DNA of 64,000 nt from Eledone cirrhosa (lineage: Eukaryota): NCBI GenBank assembly GCA_964016885.1, contig OZ024741.1, forward strand, positions 217,992,001 to 218,056,000. Direction: 5' to 3'. A program made the position numbers and the translations under genes. The notes below the pieces were generated by a model, which was given only the letters and a program-made list of their open reading frames with translations, did no database searches and had not been told where the DNA came from. Positions 56,928-64,000 of this stretch are shown in pieces. How positions within the stretch are numbered: the first letter of the stretch is position 1; each line of letters begins with the position of its first letter.

Positions 56928-57223
56928 GGGCCTGTGGTTTTTCTCACAGAATATATATATATATATATATACAAGTTAATATATATTAATATATGATAAA
57001 CAGATACGTGTTTGTATTGTAAGAGTCAAAGTTAGCTAACTTTGTCTCTTACAATACAAACACGTATGTGTTTATCATATATTAATATATATTAACTTGT
57101 ATTTCACTGCTCGGAAATGCTTCTTTCTTTGAGCTGATTAATTGTAAATGACTTTGAGTTTAAACTCTAAATATAATATAATATATATATATATATATAT
57201 TCTGTGAGAAAAACCACAGGCCC
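56928..57223. repeat. Nested foldback element (outer arms GGGCCTGTGGTTTTTCTCACAGAATA; inner ~130-bp palindrome 56969-57102)
   Basis: Direct inspection; pieces recur at 39130-39165 and 39556-39626. Confidence 0.8.
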
Positions 57224-57406
57224 TCCATCTCAACTCTACTTTTGAAAAGCAGAAGAGCTGCGAAACCGGTAAAGGAACCAAATAAATATATATATTTTTC
57301 TTAGAAATAAGACTTCTGTTGCATTTTCGATTTCATCTTTTTTTCTTTATACTTTCACTCGTGTAGGACACCTCAGTTATTTTTAATTTTGTAAAAAAAC
57401 CCTCAC

Positions 57407-57526
<120 letters not shown>

Positions 57527-57744
57527 TATATAATAATAATAATAAAGTATATATCCCTACACGCAAAAAGCGTCTAGGGACACATCTATTGTCCAACCAT
57601 ATGCCAATGTGGTGTCAATGGCAGGTTAATAAATTAACGAATCGGTTTCGAGTCTCAAAAATAAATGGACAGTCCTTGCGGCCTTCCATTGAAAAGATAA
57701 ACTCTCGATTTTTTGAAACTTTCTCTCTTATTTGCTAAACCTTG

Positions 57745-57792
<48 letters not shown>

Positions 57793-57925
57793 TTATTCCG
57801 GGTTGAATCGGAGGTAACCACAGTAAGGTACTCAATACATGGCAGAGTATAAAAGTTTTAATAATCATCAGGAAGCTTCTCGATGATTTCTCACGAATGA
57901 AACAGTTCTAGTCCTGTAGAAGCTC

Positions 57926-57993
<68 letters not shown>

Positions 57994-58551
57994 AGTGTAA
58001 TTTACTACACAAAACGAAGGTTATAGAGAAAATTGAGGTTGGTAATGGCACATGGAATATATGAGACAGAATACTTTTTTGTGAAAAAACATATAATTTT
58101 ATAAGGTAAGGAAATAATAAAGAGTATAAAAAATGACCGGTTTCGATGGGTCTGCAAAAGCCATCTTTTCAAATGTTGAATAATATTAAGAAAAATTAAT
58201 AATAAGAAGAGTTAAAATTTGAGATTTGAAAATTCAAGTATAAAATTCATTGTGGGATTTCACAGTAGTTTTCATCTTGGTAGCAGCTCGTTTAGCAGCT
58301 CGTTGACTGCTGGGTGCCTTTCTGGTAGTGAATGAGAAGTTATTTGGGGGTGTGGGTTATTTTATAAAGGTCAAATTTAGCAATGGCCAGATGGCCAGCT
58401 GCTGGTCAATGAGGGGGTGGAAGCAATATACATACATATATCTTCTTGTGGTAGGTAGGAGAGGGGAGATTGATAGAAAGGGATTTAGTGCACTTACACC
58501 TATATATACACACATACCTTCATCCACACATACATACATATACATATACAT

Positions 58552-58605
<54 letters not shown>

Positions 58606-58741
58606 ATACATATACACACGTACATACACACACACATACATATATATACACACACACACATATATGCACATACACACACATATATATATATACACACACA
58701 CACATATATACATACACATACATCCAGATACACACATACAT

Positions 58742-58772
<31 letters not shown>

Positions 58773-58946
58773 CATACACATATACAAACACACACACACA
58801 CACATATATACACATACACACACACATATATACACATACATACACCCACACACAGAGAAATGGCCTCCAAATATATATATATATACATACATACACATAT
58901 TTTTTCCATAATATAAGAAGTTAGGACAGTGAAATTAAAATACAAG

Positions 58947-59005
<59 letters not shown>

Positions 59006-59134
59006 GTGCGTGTGTGTGTGTATATATATGTATGTAAAAGGTAAACAGAAATAACAAGACAATCAGTACAGTATATGGAAGGAATATATTAGTTTAAGGC
59101 TTGAAATAGCTGGAAGAAGGTCTTAACGTTTTGA

Positions 59135-61030
59135 TGCAGTTATTACATGCAGAATTTCTTAAATGTTTTACATATTTTTCTAATTCCATTAATGGACTGT
59201 ACTTGTAACTACCAAACATGCCATGTCCTTTCTGGTTATGGGAAGCCCAGTTGCTCAAGATTTCTACTGTAGCAGTTAGTAACATATCTCGGAACCACAA
59301 AGATCACAGGTACAAATCTAAAGGTATAGTTCAGGATGGAGTATCTATAGATTCCTCAGAAATGTTCTCCTTTTCACAATTTTTACCATCATATTGGCAT
59401 CTGCTGGGTTTCTGGTTTCCACTACTGCGCATGCCTTCTTTTCTCTGTCTCATATCACTATCTCTGGTCTGTTATGTTTGCATTCCACAAATACTCTTTC
59501 ATATTGGCAGTATCGGTAGCGGGTAGGACGCCATGCTTTGGCACATAGAGTTATTGCCCTTGTCATTCTGAGTTCAAATCCCGCCGAGATTAACTTTGCC
59601 TTTCATCCTTACGGGGTCGATAAAATAGTGTACCAGTAATTCACTGGTTAATTGCTGGCCTTGTGCCAAAAGTAGAAACAATTATGTATATATATACCCT
59701 CTATATCACTGTAACTTTTCATATTTTGTTTCTCAGGACTATCCTTCCTACATTGCATAGGGTTTGGGCTACTACATCATACTTTATAGGAAGATAGTAT
59801 TGGGCAGTTGTTTATGATGTGGATGATACCTTTGGTGTTTATTCGACAGCCAGGACATGTCACATCTATGTATTTTACTGGCATTCCTATCTTTTCTGTG
59901 CATTAGGTATTCCATTGTTTTTTCCTGTTCTTGAGTTACAAAAACATATCCTTCAAAGTGAGAGCCAACACGCCGGTTGTTTGATTAAGATAGACTACTT
60001 TGCTTATCTATATTACTCTCGTAGGTCAGCGATATTTTTTTCTTCTAGTTTTAAAATACATGATGGCATTTTTTGCGTTGTTTTACTTCTGTTAACACCT
60101 CTATTATCACCAAGATAATGCTTTGCAGTCGTTGCTAAGACATATAGACATTAATTTACCACAATGTAAGGACTTTAATTTGTCGTAAATATTCACTTCC
60201 AATTTATTCGATAGCACGTAAAGTTTCTTTATTTCTTTTCTCCTTTAATATTGCCATCTTATGTCCTTTTTGGAAAGTTTTACTAAAGATATATCGTAAC
60301 AGTTTGTACTCTTCACTTTTCCAGGCTAATTGTAGACTTATTATCATTGACGGATTTTGTTGTGGATAATGACACCTGATATCAAACTTGTCGCTAGTAC
60401 GGCTTTTTTCAAGAGACTGTGTATTGCTGTTGTTTGTTGTTGATAGTTGGACTGGCTTGAGAAAACCAAATAACATAGCCGCCTGTTGATTGCATATTTG
60501 ATCTCAGAAACTGTTCACTAACATAAACATTATTCAAAACAATAATTGTTTCTACTTTGGTACAAGGCCAGCAATTACCCAGTGCATTACTGGTACTTTA
60601 TTTTATCAACCCCAGAAGGATGAAAGGTAAAGTTAACCTCGGCGGTATTTGAACTCAGACCGTAAAGGGAAGAAACTATGCTAGAAAGCATGGCATCCTA
60701 CCGATACTGCCAATTGGATGCCATGCTTTCAAGCATAGTTACGTCCCATTACGGTCTAAGTTCAAATCCCGCCGAGGTTAACTTTGCCTTTCATCCTTAT
60801 GGGGTTGATAAAATAAAGTACCAGTAATGTACTGGGTAATTGTTGGCCTTGTGCGAAAAGTAGAAACAGCTATTTGTAAAGGTTTCACACTTTAATTATT
60901 GTTTTGAATAATGTTTGTTATTTTTACGTTCGACAACCGCTGCTTGTTGGCGAAATTGTTTGGATGTGAAATAATTTAGCTCTGGTTCAATCTCGTCCCA
61001 GTGTAGCTTCATTCTGTCTATATAGCCAAT
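59135..61030 (-). mobile_element. Decayed N-terminal half of an R4-like LINE, interrupted by SINEs
   Basis: Minus strand 60930-61030 is homologous to 51915-52025 (RMKLHWDE..PELNYFT.KQ.RQQA..VERKN). Left boundary uncertain. Confidence 0.55.
60544..60869. mobile_element. Head-to-head fused Meta-like SINE pair
   Basis: Minus copy 60544-60714 directly joined to plus copy 60715-60869. Confidence 0.85.
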
Positions 61031-61072
61031 GTGTATATAGATATATACATTTAATATATAGCACACATCTTA

Positions 61073-61215
<143 letters not shown>

Positions 61216-61401
61216 CACACACACACACACACTCCGAAATACGCGGCTCCAACATGCTATAAAGTTTTAACAATTTCCAGTTTTTACAGCCACTGGGGAC
61301 AGATGTTATTTAGCGAAAGGGAAGGATCGAAAATACGATGGAATTGTAACATATCCTGAAAAAAGCATCTTTCGACGAAATATATCGTCCAATATAAGAT
61401 G

Positions 61402-61639
61402 TTTCTTCTTCTTCTTCTTCTTCTTCTTCTTCTTCTTCTTCTTCTTCTTCTTCTTCTTCTTCTTCTTCTTCTTCTTCTTCTTCTTCTTCTTCGTCGTCGT
61501 CGTCGTCGTCGTCGTCTTCTTCTTCTTCTTCTTCTTCTTCTTCTTCTTCTTCTTCTTCTTCTTCTTCTTCTTCTTCTTCTTCTTCTTCTTCTTCTTCTTC
61601 TTCTTCTTCTTCTTCTTCTTCTTCTTCTTCTTCTTCTTC
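61402..61639. repeat. (CTT)n with an internal (CGT)n block
   Basis: Direct inspection. Confidence 0.95.
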
Positions 61640-61992
61640 AGATTGTGGGAATGCCGAGAACCGTTAGATAGCTATTCAGTAGTAATAGCTAACGTACACT
61701 ACATGGACCTATCTTATGACTTGGGCAACCCTGCTGAAAAGGTGTTATAACCGTAATGTCTGCTGAAATTGTTTGATTTTCTGAACATTGAGGATGTAAT
61801 ATCTGCATTTATGAAATTATATTACAAAGAAACGATATCGTCCAGGAGTTGATATATTTACATGTATCTCTACCAAAAACCCAGCCACCGTATCTACTGT
61901 TAACTAAATGTCAACACTCTGAACATCTGATTGCAGCAGCATTACTGCAATTTAGCAGATTCATTGAGTGAGCTAGACGCTGGCCGGAGGAC

Positions 61993-62294
61993 GTTGAATT
62001 AATACCACCGATCTTCGTTAACCTTTCCTATGGAAAAACTTAATATAAACAGCTCCCATCGGGAATGATCGAAGCATATTATACATCTCATAAGTTGAAT
62101 TAATACCACCGATCTTCGTTAACCTTTCCTATGGAAAAACTTAATATAAACAGCTCCCACCGGGAATGATCGAAGCATATTATACATCTCATACGTTGAA
62201 TTAATACCACCGATCTTCGTTAACCTTTCCTATGGAAAAACTTAATATAAACAGCTCCCACCGGGAATGATCGAAGCATATTATACATCTCATA
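61993..62294. repeat. 3 x 101-bp near-identical tandem repeat
   Basis: GTTGAATTAATACCACCG starts at 61993, 62094 and 62195. Confidence 0.95.
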
Positions 62295-62394
62295 TGTGAG
62301 TGATTGGCATCTTCCAACCCGATAAGTTGAGAACTCTACAGTTATAGGAAATTAACCAACATACTAAATAGTTTTACCTTTCCCACGGAAACCC

Positions 62395-62468
<74 letters not shown>

Positions 62469-62594
62469 TTTATAGTAATAATAATAAATTTGAAGACTAA
62501 AATCAAAAGAGGGCTCGATAAGGATAAATATATATCTAATATATAAGAACCGTAGAGCAAACTGTTATTTTAATAAATTAATATATATATATAA

Positions 62595-62685
<91 letters not shown>

Positions 62686-62687
<2 letters not shown>

Positions 62688-64000
62688 CATGACTACTATC
62701 TTTAACCCAGGAGGTGACTACTATCTTTAACCCAAGTCGTAACTACTAACCCAGGTCATGATTACTATCTTTAACCCAGGTCGTGACTACTAACCCAGGT
62801 TGTGACTACTATCTATAACCCAATTCATAACTACTATCTTTAACCCAGGACGTGACTACTAACCCAAGTAGTGACTACAAACTTTAACGTAGGTCGTGAC
62901 TACTAACCCAGGTAATGATTATAATCTTTAACGAAGGTCGTGACTACCATCTTTTACCCAGGTCATGACTACTAACCCAGGTAGTGACTACTATCTTTAA
63001 ACCAGGTCGTGACTACTAACCCAGGAAGTGACTACTATCTTTAACCCAGGTCGTGACTACTATATTTAACCCAGGTCGTGACTACTAACCCAGGTCGTGA
63101 CTACTGTCTTTAACCCAGGTCGTGACTACTAACCCAGGTAATGATTATAATCTTTAACGAAGGTCGTGACTACTATCTTTAACCCAGGTCGTGACTACTA
63201 ACCCAGGTAATGATTATAATCTTTAACGAAGGTCGTGACTACCATCTTTTACCCAGGTCATGACTACTAACCCAGGTAGTGACTACTATCTTTAACCCAG
63301 GTCGTGACTACTAACCCAGGTAATGATTATAATCTTTAACGAAGGTCGTGACTACTATCTTTAACGCAGGTCGTGACTACTAACCCAGGTAATGATTATA
63401 ATCTTTAACGAAGGTCGTGACTACTATCTTTAACCCAGGTCGTGACTACTAACCCAGGTAATGATTATAATCTTTAACGAAGGTCGTGACTACCATCTTT
63501 TACCCAGGTCATGACTACTAACCCAGGTAGTGACTACTATCTTTAAACCAGGTCGTGACTACTAACCCAGGAAGTGACTACTATCTTTAACCCAGGTCAT
63601 AATTACTAACCCAGGTAGTGACTACTATCTTTAACCCAGGTCGTGACTACTAAGCCTGGTAGTGACTACTATCTTTAACCCAGGTCGAGACTACTAACAC
63701 AGGTCATGACTACTATCTTTAACCCAGGTCATGACTACTAACCCAGGTCATGACTACTAACCCAGGTCATGACTACTATATTTAACGCAGGTCACGACTA
63801 CAATCTATAACTCAGGTCGTGACTACTATCTTTAACCCAGGTGATGACTACTATCTTTAACCCAGGTAGTGACTACTATCTTTAATCCAGGTTGTGACTA
63901 CTAACCCAGGTCGTGACAACTAACCCAGGTCGTGACTACTAACCCAGGTAATGACTATTATCTTTAACGAAGGTCGTGACTACCATCTTTTACCCAGGTC
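62686..64000. repeat. Satellite of alternating short and long units containing TAACCC (runs off the window)
   Basis: Units AACCCAGGTCGTGACTACT with or without ATCTTT; recurrent variant AATGATTATAATCTTTAACGAAGG. Confidence 0.95.

Noticed and set aside
62686-64000. CRISPR-like array
   Set aside because: No unique spacers, no cas genes, eukaryotic context; it is an ordinary satellite.

Overview
Eukaryotic, AT-rich, repeat-dense genomic DNA. The SINE families and microsatellite load suggest an octopus or other cephalopod (inference). The only host gene is the 5' part of POLR1A (RPA1, largest subunit of RNA polymerase I) on the minus strand. Nine coding exons from 16307 to 2129 splice in frame with canonical GT-AG sites, a probable non-coding first exon ends at ~18126, and the gene runs off the left edge. 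The rest is transposon-derived: ~25 copies of a tRNA-derived SINE with a Meta-like core (tandem arrays and inverted pairs), CORE-type SINEs, RTE fragments, TTAA-target MITEs, two non-autonomous Helitrons, a CRE-like remnant, and R4/Dong-like RT+RLE LINEs sitting in (CATA)n repeats. There are also several Penelope-like (GIY-YIG) remnants. The most striking unannotated signal is more than a dozen minimal type-I hammerhead-ribozyme-like motifs (CUGANGA...GAAA-short palindromic stem III-NUH) from unrelated sequence families. They often lie in fold-back inverted repeats next to (TA)n tracts, and two are sense-oriented within POLR1A introns. The window ends in a TAACCC-containing satellite. All calls were made by eye; repeat boundaries are approximate.
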